Below are positions 1-64,000 of a DNA stretch of 64,000 bases, piece after piece. The stretch comes from Paraspadella gotoi. Taxonomy: Eukaryota > Animalia > Chaetognatha. Every line of letters begins with the position of its first letter. Within the stretch, counting starts at the first letter, position 1. The notes under the pieces are model-generated. The model was given only the letters and a program-made list of their open reading frames with translations, was not told the DNA's origin and made no database searches. The stretch covers positions 15,147,873-15,211,872 of the forward strand of contig CM119266.1 of assembly GCA_051294375.1 (NCBI GenBank), written 5' to 3'. Made by a program: the position numbers and the translations under genes.

Positions 1-230
1 TTTCAGCGCTTTGCCCGTCACATGCGTCAATCCCCTTCCTCCAGGGCGACCCCGACCCGCCCCCTTTTCTCTGGCCCCCCCAAAAATCCTCCCCGCCAAA
101 CATCACGCGTTGCCGACTCCCCGCCGCGTCGAGAACATTTTACCGTTTGGTGAAAAAGCTCACACCGAAAATAATTTCACCGAGGGAGAAAAGAAGCACG
201 GGGGGAAAGCTGGAGGAGGGGAGAGGGGGG

Positions 231-263
<33 letters not shown>

Positions 264-1044
264 CGGGTCGGAACGCCAAAGCCCCCGAAGCTTCACAGTC
301 AGCAGTTCTGTTTGTCTTCCAACCTCGTAATGATGTAAGACTCGCAGGTGCAAAAATTCTCTCTTACTTTCGAATAACCATCGCTTTTTATGGCTTTCCA
401 ACTTCCAGGGATTTAGCGGCGGAGGTGGTTTAGTTTTGGGATACAGGAGGTGGCCGGGTGGTTGAGATATGGACATTCAACGATAGGCCTTCCATTTTTC
501 ATATCGATTCTTTCAATGGACATTGAACCTTGAGTACTAAGTCTACGTAAAGGAACGAAATTATTAATAATTTATTATTTTGGACCTAAAAAGTTGAAAA
601 AAAATTATCTTTACTCTTCATTTTTTTTTTTTTTTGGTATCTGTCGATATCTTTGACGATATCTTTGTGATTTGACCCGTAATTTATTCGTCCGGTCAAA
701 GATTCACTTTTCTATTACTATCCGTCGTTGAAATTTGAAAAACAAGACACCTTTTTAGTGGTATTATTTTCGACTAAATAATCAAATGTTAATTCAAAAT
801 GAAACACTAAACTTTGAGAATTCATCTCGATAATTTCAGTCGAAATATCAAAATCTAGTCCCATGTAAGATCTCAAAGTCCGAGCGAACACTGAAAAAAA
901 AATACTTTACAGTACCTCTTCTCGTTTCACATACCAAGTACCAAACGTATAAACATATTATAATTTTTTTTTTTAAAAATGAGAACAAAATTAAAGCCAT
1001 TTCGCATCCTTATTTCTCATGTACTTTTCTTTTCATTCCAACAG

Positions 1045-41924
<40,880 letters not shown>

Positions 41925-43039
41925 TTTAACGAAATCAATCACCTTTTGTTTGTTTTTAAACACTATCTCGTAATAGATAATGAAATCGAGACGTTCAATT
42001 TACCATATGCCACATATGCCACAATCCACAATTCAGACCCATGATTTCAATTTTTTGATTCCAAATATACCAACCAAGATCATATGAGCGATAATAAATT
42101 TGTTTGGTTGGTTAGTTAAAAAGAGAAAAGTTGTTATATTGAAAACAATACTTTTTAAGTTCCTCCGTTATATCTTTATAATATATGAGCAGAGAAAAAA
42201 GGCTAGAATTTTTCAGCTCCTGGCCAAGAAATTTCTGTCTCTCAGGCCTCCGCTATTTCTTGTTCTCATGAAATGTTTTTTATTTGGTCGCTGAAATTCG
42301 TTTGAATTCTCAGCACCAATGTATGAATGGCTTTAACTTCGCGCCGCAAACGAGAGAGAGGAAAGGGACTAAGGGAGAAAAAGGAGAGAGAGAGAGAGAG
42401 CAGAGAGAGACGAGATACGAGAGAGAGATCCCGCAGAGAGAGAGATGGAGAGAGAATGGCGAGAGAGACAGTGACCGCAGTGAATCGGCGCAGAGGGATT
42501 CAACCTGCCAGAAGAGTTTTTTTGTTTTAAGTCGCGCGGAGAAAGACAAAGCCAGATGTTATGGCCCCTTTGTTGTGTACTTTAACCCGGATTAGCGAGT
42601 TCTTTACAGAGACAATCTGTCCCCCATCTCTCGTCTACCTCTCGTGCGATAGAAACCCCAGGTGAACAAGTGCTCAGTGAGCCTTCAATACTTTCTACCC
42701 CACTATCCTCCCCTCCCTTCTCTCTCTCTCTCTCTCTCTTCTTCCTCCTCTTCTCTCTCCTTCCCCATCTCCCTCTCTCCTCCTCTCCCCCTTATTCCCT
42801 TCTTCCCCTCTCCTCCCTCCCTCCTCATTCTTCCTCTCCCCCTCTTTCCCTTCCTCTCCTTCCTCCTCCCTCTCTGTCTCTGTCTTCAGCCTAACGTTAT
42901 TCCCGGTTAAACCCGAAACCCGCGCTAAGATTTATCCGAGAAAAAGATTCCAACGTCCGTATGTTTATCCATCTCGAACGTTCACTCCCCCTCCACTCCC
43001 CCCCCAACCCCCCTCTTCTTTCGCGAATTCCATTTCTAG

Positions 43040-44254
43040 GTCTGGTTTCAAAACGCTCGAGCCAAAGAAGCAAAGAAGTTAAGTAAAACTTGTTCACTTT
43101 TTCCAAGAATAATAAAGGGAAAACTTTTGAGGCAATTCGTAAGATAAGGAATTACTCTCGCCCCCTTGCAGAGTAGTAAGCATCTGTCCTAACTCAAATA
43201 ACTCGCTATAGTAACAGGTAAGGCGAGGCAGGGTTATTAATTTTTTTTTTCCCCCGTAAAGCGGCCGCCGAATTTTTTTTTTTTTTTTTTTAACTTTGGG
43301 GGGCCTGTGCGGAAAAGGAGGCTGGATAAAGAGACAAATATTGATTCCAGATTCACCCCAACAAAAAAAAAAAAGGAAAGGCCTGCACACACACAAAAAT
43401 AAAGAAATTGAAAAGAAAAGGAAGAAAAGACTCGTTTCTTTCTTTTTATTTTCTTTTGTTTTTTTGTTTAAAGAAAAAAACGCGGGATTTGAACAGTTTT
43501 AATACTCCTCCCCGGGCGCTGAAAAGAAGAGGCCCCTCCCCCTTTCCCGAAGCCAGGGAAAAAAAAAGTTTTAATACAAAGAAAATAAGAAAAGATTTTC
43601 TGAGCGAGGGTTTTTTCTCGTGACGTCAACGATTTTTAGACAATAGACAAAAACGTGATGAAATGAAAAGATAGATTTTCTTCTGCACGAGACCCTGGCG
43701 TCACTTGGGAAGAGAGCGTTGTCCTCTTTATAAGTCGACCAGCATTCCAATCATCTCTTTATCTTCTTTCTCTTCATTACGAACCCTCCGTGCTGCAGTT
43801 CAAGATCACATCTTCACCAAGAAGCATTTGGACAACATCCGCAAACAGGTGCAGCAACAGACGGAGACGGAGAGGGAGTACCTCAACCCTGCGGCGATGA
43901 ATCAGCTGCTGCAGCATCAGCACGTCGCCGCGCTCGCCAGCAAGTGAGTTTTTTTTTTCTTTTATGTTAAAGTTAACCTTAATTTTATATTTTAGGGTTA
44001 CAATAGGTTACATAATTTAATATTTAACATAAGACTGGGGTTTGAAATAGGTTGACAATAAACACTTCTCACTAAAAAATGAACACAACTGATTTACTCT
44101 AAACGGATCTTCCTCCAATTCGCAGCGGGCGTTTTCATCGAGTCTCCCGTCCTCAAACAACCCACCCACACGGCGGAGTGGCGGCGCAGCTTCACCTGGC
44201 GCAGCAGTCAAGCAGCTCGCGTGACTTCCTGTTCCAGTCAACTTCGCTGGTTAG
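43040..44254 (+). pseudogene. Error-rich tandem copy of the last three zfh2/ZFHX exons with their introns (probably artefactual)
   Basis: Repeats 40765-41924; VQDHIFTKKHLDNIRK exon intact in ORF 43705-43947, the other two frameshifted. Confidence 0.8.
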
Positions 44255-44599
44255 TTTAACGAAATCAATCACCTTTGTTTTTTTTAAACACATCTCGTAA
44301 TAGATAATGAAATCGAGACGTCAATTTACCATATGCCACTAAGCCACAATTCAGAATACCCATGATTTCAATTTTTTGATTTCCAAATATTACCAACCAA
44401 GATATATGAGCGATAATAAATTTGTTTGGTTGGTTAGGTTAAAAAGAGAAAGTTGTTATATTGAAAACAATACTTTTTAAGTTCCTCCGTTATATCTTTA
44501 TAATATATGAGCAGAGAAAAAAAGGCTAGAATTTTTCAGCTCCATGGCTCTGGCCAAGAAATTTCTGTCTCTCTTTTTCATCTCTTCTTCTCTTCTCCT

Positions 44600-44676
<77 letters not shown>

Positions 44677-44855
44677 CTCTCTTCTCTCCTTTTTCTCCCT
44701 TAGTCCCTTCCTCTCTCTCGTTTTGCGGCGCGAACGTTAGCCATTCATCATCTGGTGCTGGAGAGAAAATTCAAAACATTTCATCGACAAATTAAAAATT
44801 TCATGAAACAAGAAAAATAGCGGAGAGGCTAGTCGGTTCAAGGAAGCACCAGCAC

Positions 44856-44891
<36 letters not shown>

Positions 44892-46915
44892 GGGAGAGAG
44901 AGAGAGGAGAGAGAGAGAGAGAAGGAGAAGAGAGAGGGAAGAGAGAGAGAGGGAGAAGAGAGAGAGAGAATGAATATTTTAAGCCGCTGTCGAAGGCTTT
45001 TTACGTTTTGGTCGTTTTAATGTGAAAAAGGTTTGACAAGTTTTTTTTCTACCTCAAACTTCCCCCCCCCCTCTCGTTTCGCCCCCCCAAGTAGTAACGT
45101 CGAATCTCCATTTTTCATTTCGTCCGTCTGTGTCTCGCGCTGAGAGAGAAGAAGAAGAGAGGTTGAGTGAACTTTCGAGCGTGAGATGTAATATTGTAAA
45201 TACGTTAAAGAACTTGTACACGATAAAAAGGAAAATCCGCCTGGCTCGATTCCCCCCGCCTTTCGCTCTTTAATATTTTGCTTTTTCGCGACTTACCCCT
45301 CTTTATCCTTGCTTCAGCATCCTTACCTTATTTTCAACTAATCATTGTGCTCTCTCTACGCTTTTCTTCCTTCACACTCTTAACTCTTTTCACACCAAAA
45401 CAACTCCATTCACACCTCTATCCACTTCTTCGATTTGTTTTCTCGCGCTCCGTGGGCATTTCTTTCTTTGAATACCTGTTTGTCTTGGCTCCGTCGCTTT
45501 GGCACAAAAATCGACGAGGCTTGTTTTTAAAGAAAGAAAACGCTTCTCTCGGCGAAGCGCCCCCCTCCTCTCCAGTCTCCACTCTCCACTCTCCTACCTC
45601 TACCCCGCTTCCTCAGCCCCCCTTCACCTCACCTCGACTTTCTCGCCGCCGTCGGCGCTGATTTATAAGCCAAATATTCGCACATTTTAAAATGAGGCCC
45701 CCTCCTCGAAAGGCTGCCGACGCGGACGCCGCGCCCCAGCCTTCATCGGCCCGCTGGCGCGGCGGCGGACGTCGCGCAATGTGCTCCCCATTAAACACCC
45801 CCCTTTCTTCTCTCTCTCTCTCAATCTCCTCTCTCTCTCTTCTCTCCCTGGCTCTCCTCTCTCTCTCCTCTCTCCTCCTTCTCTCCCTCCTCCAATCTCG
45901 TTTCTCCCCCTCGATCCCTTTCTCTCGTCTCTCTTCTCCTTCGTGTGTCCAATTTTGTCCATCAAAGTGGATTTTCGGCCGTAATTCTCAATTTCATATT
46001 TCCAGATGTGAGAAATGTAGAATTGGAAGTCACCACCACTCGAAGACGCGCGCTCGATATCTCTGCCCCCCGTCGATTTCCTCTCATGGCCCCCCTTTAC
46101 TTTCGCCCCGCTCCGCCCCACTTTATTCCTCCCCCTGTTCCGCCCCCCTCGCAATTAACACGCGATATCTGAAGGAAGAAGAAAACATTAAATAAAAAAA
46201 AAAAAGTATTACTTTTCTCCTTTCTCTCGCCCGTGCGTCGTCAGGATTAATAGTAGTTGTTACTNNNNNNNNNNNNNNNNNNNNNNNNNGTTCTTTTTTT
46301 TTCAGTTGATTTCTTTCCTTTCTTTTTTTCTCTGGTTTCTTTTTTACTCGTTCGTTTTCTATGTCCTTTTATTTATTTCATTTTTTCTACGCTCTTGTTC
46401 TTTTGTTTTTATATTTCTTTTTCTTCACTTTCCTTTCTTTTCCCTCCAAAGCCGAAAGTCGTCGTTTAGGCGTCGTTTTGTTTTCGCGCCATAACGCGGC
46501 CTCGCGTCAAATTGGCGCGAATTTTTAAATCGGCCTCTCATTTTCCAGGGTTGTTTCCACCCGACGCTAGATATTTTCCCAGATTTTTCTCCTTTTTATT
46601 CCAAACCCTTTTTCTCCGAGTCTCGCCTCGCAACGGCGAGTCGCAATTTGGGTCATTCCCTTTATTTTTTTTGTTTCCCCACTTTTTCCTTAAATTCTTA
46701 CCTTTTTCGTCCCTTTCATTCGTCCCTTTAACGACTCAAATCCCCCCCTCCCCAAACCCTTATCCTCCTCCCCCCGCTCATTCCCCTTAAATAGTCTCGG
46801 GCGGTAACATTAATCAATTGAGGAGAATTGCCTCGGTTCTTTCCAACGGGCGGCCATTTTTTGCGGCCTTTCGGGATATGGAACTTTTTCGTTCTGTTTC
46901 TCCCAAGCTCTCTCT

Positions 46916-46951
<36 letters not shown>

Positions 46952-48335
46952 CTCTCTCCTCTCTTCTCTCTCTCTCGTTCTCTCCTCCGTCTTCTCTCAT
47001 CTCTTCAGCGCGATTTTGTCCCGCCAAGATTACAACGGAGGAATGGCTAGCAGTTTGCCGTTCGCAGCTGCCGTGCTTAATATTCTTTCTCCCCTCTTCG
47101 TTCTCCTCTCTCTCTCTCTCTCTCTTTTCTCCTCTTCTTCGCTCGCGTGAAATCTTGTATTTCTTTTTTTTTTAGACAAAAAGTTAAGCGCTACCTTTGG
47201 TAAAGACTCATTGTTAGAAAGAATTGATAATTAAGAATATGCTACCTGTGGTTCAACCGCTCAACTTTGTCTTACCACAAATGGAAGAACAAACCATCCG
47301 TTGGAACTATGACTAAGTTCCAATTATTTCAAAGGGAATAACAATTAAATATCCAAACTTATCTCCGATCCATTTCGCTTTTATATATGAACTGACTTAT
47401 ATAGACTAGCACATGCAACAAAATCCGTTTTTTAATATATTATATATTCGGGTTTCTTTTTGATATCGCCGACACCTTGAGCCTTTTGACGGCCTTTGAT
47501 CAGCGTTGTCGTCGTCGCCATCGTCGTCGTCGTCGTCGTCATAGCGTGGAACGGAGCTAAGCTGAATTTAATGCGGCTCAACTTTGGAGGACCCTAACCC
47601 TCTCTCTGCCCCGCGGAAACGGCAAAAGGAAGGGGGGGAAGGCGAGTCTGAATCTCGCTCATTTGGCTGCCATGGAGAGAGCCCCTTTCCCGCAATCAAG
47701 GATATTTCGCGATGGAAGAAAGATATTTCTCTTTTCTCGTCGGCGATTGGATTTCTTTTTTTTTTTTTTTTCTTTCAAGAGGATTGTTGGGGGTGGGAGT
47801 CGTCTGTTATGCACGTGTGTGGAGAAGAAAAGGAACGCGTATTAGTGACGAATATTGCCTATTCAAAGTTGAGACGTGAGTGGTCAATATTTTACTATAT
47901 TCGGTAGAATACCTTGTATTACAAGTCATAAGCTTATATCGAGAATGTTCCCCGATCCGCCCAGCTAACTTATCCAACCTTATTAAACTTTGTTAAACCT
48001 TCGAAAAAATCTGTGAGTAAACAGAAAAAGAGAAGGCGGAAGTTGGAAAACGAGACGGAGCGAGATTGACGTTAATACAGGACGAGACGGGGAAAGTAGA
48101 AAAAAGGGAAAAATCAAAACACGGGCCGTCGGGGACGCCAGGAAAAAAAGAAATCCCGCGGCCGTTGTTTGACAACACGAATTCTCTATCCCTTTGTCAC
48201 ACGGAAAAAAAAATAAGGAAAGAGGAAAGAAAGAGAGTAAGAGTTAGAGGAAAGAAAGGAAAGGAAGGAAAGAAAGGATCTACAATGAAAGGATGAAAGC
48301 CGATAAAAATTGCAGTGAGCGCCCTTGCCGTCGGG

Positions 48336-48371
<36 letters not shown>

Positions 48372-48487
48372 TGCGGAATGGAATTCGATTCTTTTGAAAA
48401 GAGATAAATAGTTTTGCAGATGAAGGACGTTGATGACAATTGGCTCATTGAAGGCGCGAGCCGTGGCTGACGCCGCTACCGTCGTCG

Positions 48488-48519
<32 letters not shown>

Positions 48520-49049
48520 TTTGTCGTCGTCATTGTCGTCGTCTTTTTAGAATTCGTTTGACTTTCGTTCTCTTTGTTGACGAATAACGATTAATATTTG
48601 AAAGGTCGACCTTGCGGGGGAATTTTGCGATGAGAGAGATCCATATTTTTGTATTTTCATACGTTTGAATGAATACACGACTTGATGAGACGCATTTTTT
48701 GAAGTTTATTGAAGTTTATTAAAAGAATTATAAAAGCGATGTCGTCTCTTTAATAAAGTTTTAACGTATAAAACTTTCAAAAATAGTCACACTGAGTTTC
48801 TTCTTATAAAAGGCCAATCGCGAAAAAAAAACTAATCCTTCTGTTTGACTGTCTTAAATTACCTTTTGTTTTTTTCTTCTTTCTCTCTCTTATTCTTTTT
48901 CTCCCTTTCTCCCTCTCTCCCTCTCTCTCTCCTTCCACTCTTTCAGAGCTGCGAGGGTCTCATTCAGTCTCGGTTTATGGTCCAACACATCTGCTTCATT
49001 CAGGCAGTTTTTCTTGTCGATAGAACAAGAAAGAGAATTAGCGCGCCAA

Positions 49050-49160
<111 letters not shown>

Positions 49161-49647
49161 GCCTTTTTTTTCGATAAGAAGTTGCCCGCAAACTCGAAAT
49201 TTCGAATGGGTTTTCCAAAAAATTCTCATTATTTTAACGTCGCCCCTGCGCGGAACGCCGCGCCGCTTTTGCCCTTAATTTTTATGGCGATGGATTATAG
49301 TTTAGTACGTGGAAAGAGGGGGCGATGGAGGAGGGCTAGATGGAGAGAGAGTCGGGGGTGATAGAAACAAAGTGAGAGTAAAGAGAGGGAGGTAGGAACG
49401 GTGTCGTTGGGGGTTGAAAAGTGCGACGTGATTTCGTGTGAGAGTGAAATCTGAACGACGGGTTAAAATTTTTTGGTTGGGGAATGAAAACTTAAAACTA
49501 TATTGTCAGCAATTCAAATTAAATGACAATGGCCGCCCTTACTTGTCGTGTACTTCGATTTCAATTGCTAATTTAAGGGTCTCACTTCGAAATGTCGGAA
49601 ATGGGAATTTATCGAGAGAGAGNNNNNNNNNNNNNNNNNNNNNNNNN

Positions 49648-49738
<91 letters not shown>

Positions 49739-50537
49739 CTCCCTTTTTAACGCGTCTTCTCTTTTCTTTTTTTTAAACTCGCTCTTCCCTCTCCATCTGC
49801 CCCTACTCGCGCCGAGATTTGTTTTGACCAATAGGAGCAAGCGTGAGGCGACGAAGGGGTTTTTTCGGCGGACCACATCGGCGCCGTTTCGGCGGCGTCG
49901 CAGCGCCACGCCCCGTTTTCCGGCGCCGCCTGCTTTTTCGCCTTAAGGAGGCACGAATGGTCATCCTCGCCAATAGGCTCTTTTTGACGACAATCATTGA
50001 AGATCTCTCGCTCTCTTCGTTCTCTCGCTCTCATTCGTTTCACCGAGAGTGGACAACGAGGACGAGCGTAAACGTGGTAAAAACCGTGGCGGGAGAGAGC
50101 TGTTGGGGTATGAGAGCATCACTGTGCGAGAGTTTCGTTCCACTGTGCTGAGGATAGTGCGAAAGGTTAAAACGGATGGGCTTTCTCCCTGCGTTTGTTT
50201 TTGTTTTTTTTTTCCTTTAAAAGCGGACGCGTCACCAAAGGGACTACTTCATGCAAGACGAATGATTCTCGTAACGGTGACTGCGGACGGAAAAAGAGAC
50301 GGCGTAGATGGCGCGAAGTGTGAAATATCGAGGATTAAGGAAAAAAGACAAAGGAGCAACGGATTCGGTCGCCTGAATGTCAAAGGGAGCGAAAAGAATA
50401 AAAAAATGGAAGAAGAGGAGGAGACGAAAGATAGAGAAGGAGATGAAAAATATCACTGGACCGAAAAACTGATTGTGGTAGACCACCCATCTATTATGAA
50501 AAGGAGGAGAGAGAGCACTCGCTGGGGGAGAAGGAGG

Positions 50538-50572
<35 letters not shown>

Positions 50573-50872
50573 AGAGAGAAGAGAAGAGACGAGAAGAGAG
50601 AGAGGAGAGAGTTCATGTAAATTGTTATGGCGAAGTGCTGAGGGAGACCGTTAGATGTTCCTTTAGAAATGGAAACGGCGCGGCCCAAACTTTGGCTCAA
50701 GCCCGCTATTTTTCAAGCTGGCTTTACCCCTTTTCTTATACGCCCACACCCCCCTACTTCTGGAATCCTCCCTCTAAAAAAAAAGAAGATAAGTGATGAT
50801 TTTCGGAGCGATGGCTGGTAGTGAAGGAAAACAACTGATAAGGGTCTAAAAAGTGAGAACTGAAGACGCAGT

Positions 50873-50906
<34 letters not shown>

Positions 50907-52062
50907 TCTCTCTCTCCTCTCTCTCTTTCTTTCTCTCGCAGGCGATTGACCGCAAGGGAAAAAAAAGGGGGGAAAGACGGGGCCACCCCTCGATTAAAGC
51001 CGTTTCGGCGCCGAAGAGGGCGGACTTCCGTAGTGAGTCGGAAATTCGCCGCGGACGTGGCCTGAGAGGAGGAAGAGATGTTTGAAAGGAGGAAGAGTAT
51101 GGGCGGGAATTAGATGTGGGAAAGAGAAAGTGTAAAGCAGAGGAACAAAAGGGGTCAAAGTGGCGTGTCATATGAGCGTAAAGAGAAAGAGGAGTCAGAA
51201 CAAAGGAATGTAGAGATGACGGATTTGGGCCGTGAAGGCGTCAAGAGGAGAGAGGGAGAAGCATGAATCCGAGTGACCCACTCGATACAGGGAACGGAGA
51301 CGGGATATCGGCGAGGACCCGGGATGTTGGAGATGACAAATGAAAAGGGGCGAGGGAAATTAAGGCAAAAAAAATAAAAAAACCAAAAACGGATTGTTCA
51401 TTGTTTCGTTCCTCATTGTTTTACTTACGCTATTAATTAAGTTTCATTGTTGAAGGCAAACTAATGGAATTAAGACTTTTATCGCCCGCGGCGGTTAGGC
51501 TGCATTGAGAGGTTTAAAGGGACGAAGTGCGAAGAGAAATGGGATGAGTCAGTTCTCTTGCGTCGTCGACGTAGAGTGATTGGACGCTGCGTCGGCGGCA
51601 GCGGCGCAGCGCAGCGTCGGGGAAAGAATAAGGGAAATTGCAAGGAGATTGGGGGAGGAGCGGGAGAATTGACGAGGCCAAATATAACCTCGTTTCGAAA
51701 CAAGATAGGTCAGCCTCGGGGTCTCCGACCTTGGACCGTAATTGACCGAATAAGTCATGGACGTTCTGTCGCCGCGGCCGACGGGTGGTCGTGAGAAGCG
51801 GAAGAAGTAATGTGGGTTGAGAAAACGTAGAGTTGACCGTTGATGTAACAAAAAGAGGGATGGAAAGTTTGACTCGACGGTTTGTTACAATTTCTATCTA
51901 TGTGCGGAGTTATTGGAATGTGATATATTTTATTGTTGTATGAGGGTTTGTTATTTAAATTATCTATTATGTGTTTTTATTTTTTTGTGTCATGTATATA
52001 GTTTATATATAAAACCTGAAAAGAGGCCAAAACCTTCTCATACAGATTCGACGCTCGACGCA
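49648..52062 (+). repeat. Third copy of a ~2.4 kb non-coding block also at ~55737-58130 (reverse) and ~58940-61340 (forward)
   Basis: Shared anchors: gatttgttttgaccaataggagc, gtggacaacgaggacgagcgtaaac, taagtcatggacgttctgtcgccgcggccgacggg, ccttctcatacagattcgacgctcgacgc. Confidence 0.92.
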
Positions 52063-52799
52063 TCTCTCTCTAGAGAGAATAATTTTGGCAAATGAGAATT
52101 TTCTCGCCTCGAAAATGAGGTTGGCGCGGCGCCGGATCTCGCGCCGCAAATCAGGCGTCGATGGAAGGTGCGACGGCGTCAATCGGCACCGGAAAAACTC
52201 TGCCATTATTTAACCTTTCTTCGCTTTGATTTAAAAAAAAAATTATGAGCTTCTCTCTCTAACGCTTCAACTCTTTTCTTATTATCTGAGTATATATATC
52301 AATTTATATTATCATTTCCTATTACTCCTTCGCTTTTCTATCATCTACATTTTCGTTTTTTCTTCTTTCTATTCTCTAAGTCTAAATATAACTCTTTTCT
52401 GTCCCCGGGATTCATCGCCTTTCAAAGGCGCGAACGGCCAAGATTTTTTCAAAACAAAAGGGGCGTGACATCGACGCCATAATCGTCGTCTGCGCCGGGA
52501 TCGCCCGCCCGTCACCCATCGGCCGCGATCTCCGAGACGAAAAACGCGTCTAGCGTCCATCGGAGAAAATTGGGCGCCAATCTTGCGTCAAAGGGGCGGA
52601 GAGGGCGAAACCGGAAGCGCCGACGATGGTTGTTGGCGCCGCGAGATCCTATTCTGGCGCCGCTGATGTGGCGGCGCGGTGACGCCGGCGGAGGCGACGT
52701 TAAACTCATTCCTGCAGAAGTCCATTTCGCGGCCGATTCACCGCAAATTGCGGAGTCGTTTCCCGGCATTATGCCGCATAACCGCGGGAGCTGCGGCGA

Positions 52800-52863
<64 letters not shown>

Positions 52864-53136
52864 CTCAATATACATACCTTCGAAGAAGAAAAGGTTCTAG
52901 ACGAGACAGGCCTGGAGAAGGAAGCGATAGAGGTGAAGGGGTAGTTGATAATTTAAGAGGGAGGTGGAGGAGGGGGGCGGTTCAAGGGGGCGGTGACTGG
53001 GAAACGCCGCGGAAGAACGAGAAAGGAGAGAAGAACGATAATGATAGCAACAAAGTATTATATGTGGCAGGAAAATAAGAGAGGGGCCGATGGAATTGCG
53101 CAGCGAGAGAGAGAGAGAAGATGAAGAAAGAGAGAG

Positions 53137-53185
<49 letters not shown>

Positions 53186-54014
53186 AATTTTGTTAGATAA
53201 ATAAAAAGAATAAGAGAAAAACAGGGAAAAAAGAGAGAGAGAAAAAGAAGAGAGAGAGAGAGAGAGAGATGATGAGAGACGAGAGAGGAAGAGGATGAGA
53301 GAGAATACTCGCTAATAGGCCATGCGGGAAGGGAAAATCCTTTTCTTTCTTTCTTTCCTCCTTCAACCAATCAATTCTTACGGCAAGAAAAATCTTTTTG
53401 CCGTCGGGGGGCCGAGAGGCGGAGGAGAGAGGCGCAGAGAGAGAAGCGCGGAACGAAAATAGCGAGCGGAGAACAAGAGAGAGAGCGAGGGGAAAAAAGA
53501 AAGAAGAGAGATGAACAATGAGAGAGAAGGAAAAATAAGGTGCTCTTGCGTGCGAAGAGTAAAAAGAGAGTCAGGATGTAAACAGAAGTCGAATTCAGCG
53601 CCCAAGGTGGCGACGAAGTCCGGTCAGTCGCTCTTTCAAAGAACCGGCGAAGTCGCGCACCATTCCAAACGCTCCGCTAAAATCCTCCTCTTCGTTCCTT
53701 ATCTCGTCCATTTTTTGTCCGCTCCACGTCCCGAGCGTCGTCCGCGTTACTGACGGCGTTGTACTACGGAGTGGTTTTCACGAGAAAGCGATCGACGATC
53801 GAGGCGGAGAAAGTGATTCCTTTTTTTTTTGCGTGGGCGGCGTCCCTTGTATTGACTTTTCATATCAGAAAATTTTGTTACTTAGTCCGCTTTAACAAAA
53901 TCTTAACAATAACAATAACATTAGCAATATATTAATATGAATTAGTTATAAATTATGCGCTTTTCTTTATACTGCTGACGTGTTTCTGTCGTACGAACGA
54001 AGATATCTATTCCA

Positions 54015-62881
<8,867 letters not shown>

Positions 62882-64000
62882 NNNNNNNNNNNNNNNNNNN
62901 NNNNNNNNNNNNNNNNNNNNNNNNNNNNNNNNNNNNNNNNNNNNNNNNNNNNNNNNNNNNNNNNNNNNNNNNNNNNNNNNNGCCGACGCCGCCGCCGGGC
63001 TGCTGCCGGATTCTCTCCTTGGTTTCGGCCGCCGTTTTCTTCTTCCGCTGCTGCCGGTTTCTTTCTTCCGGCGCCGTTCTTTTTTTTTCCCCCATCGGCT
63101 TCCGGCAGGAGAGAAACAAAAGGCGAGAACCCCTAAAAGGAGAAAGGATTCGGAGGAAAGAAAAAGAAAAAAAAGGAAAATGAAAAAGGAAATTGCGGAG
63201 ATGAAACGAATTCCCGTTTTTAAATACGGAATAAAAAAAAAGGAAGAGGGAAACGATGGAGAGGCTGAAGAGGAGAGAGGAAGTGAGAAAGGGGAGAGGG
63301 GAAGAGATAGTAGTTAAGAGGAAGTGAGAAAGGGGAAGAGATAGATGTTGAGTTAAGAGGAGGAGAGAAAAGTTAGAATTTCGGCGGAGGAGGAGAAACA
63401 ATTGTTTCGTTATTCCTTTCCCGCCCATTGTGGCTTCTCATAACCTTGGGCGCTTTTATGTCTGTGTTTTAAACCTTCAAAAAGAAGGAACTTCTCTCCT
63501 CTCTCTCTCTCTTCTCTCTTTTCTCTCTCTGCTCCTCTCTCCCCTTTCTCCATTTTCACTCTCGTCTCTCCTTTTTAACTAACTTCTTTGTTTTGATACG
63601 AAGTCGCCACCGTCGGCATCTTCTCTGCCTTTGTTCGACAGAACAAAAAGAGCAACAGTTATCAAACAAAGGATCTCGTTTAGAGACGCCGATCGGCCGC
63701 CGTAATTGGGCCGTCCCCAACGTCGCTTACGCCATTTCCTGCTCCTGCCGAAATTTTCAAATTAGCGACGCGAAAATTACGAACGATAAACGCATTAAAT
63801 TGAATTCGGGTTTGGATCGAGAATTCGCTCATCTCCTTGCAAGATATTCCCCCCGTCCCCCCCTCACTCTCCATCTCTTTTTCGTCCTTTTTAATCCATC
63901 TCGCTCTCAATCCGCGGTCGTCGCGAGAGATAGAGTCGTTGGCGAATTAATTAATTTTCCCTCCGACGAGCAATTATTCGCGAAGGAATAAAAAAAAATC

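Overview
Eukaryotic (invertebrate animal) genomic DNA from a draft scaffold with many N-gaps and abundant (GA)n/(CT)n and (GAC)n microsatellites. One protein-coding gene is supported: the central and 3' part of a + strand zinc finger-homeodomain gene of the zfh2/ZFHX3/ZFHX4 (ATBF1) family. I reconstructed 16 exons by hand (1045-41924, about 2,440 codons, 15 zinc fingers, 4 homeodomains); the 5' end lies upstream of the window. Over half of the window lies within large indel-rich duplicated segments: three fold-back inversions (about 12.7-21.4 kb, 21.5-35.5 kb, 54.0-62.9 kb), a third copy of a 2.4 kb block (49.6-52.1 kb) and a tandem duplication of the last exons (40.4-44.6 kb). One inversion carries antisense copies of five coding exons. 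Their edges coincide with exact 25-N gaps and template-switch-like junctions, so chimeric reads or gap-filling artefacts are the most likely cause, though real fold-back DNA cannot be excluded from sequence alone. I found no supportable novel multi-gene system, transposon ORF, RNA gene or CRISPR array. All alignments were made by eye, so repeat boundaries are approximate.
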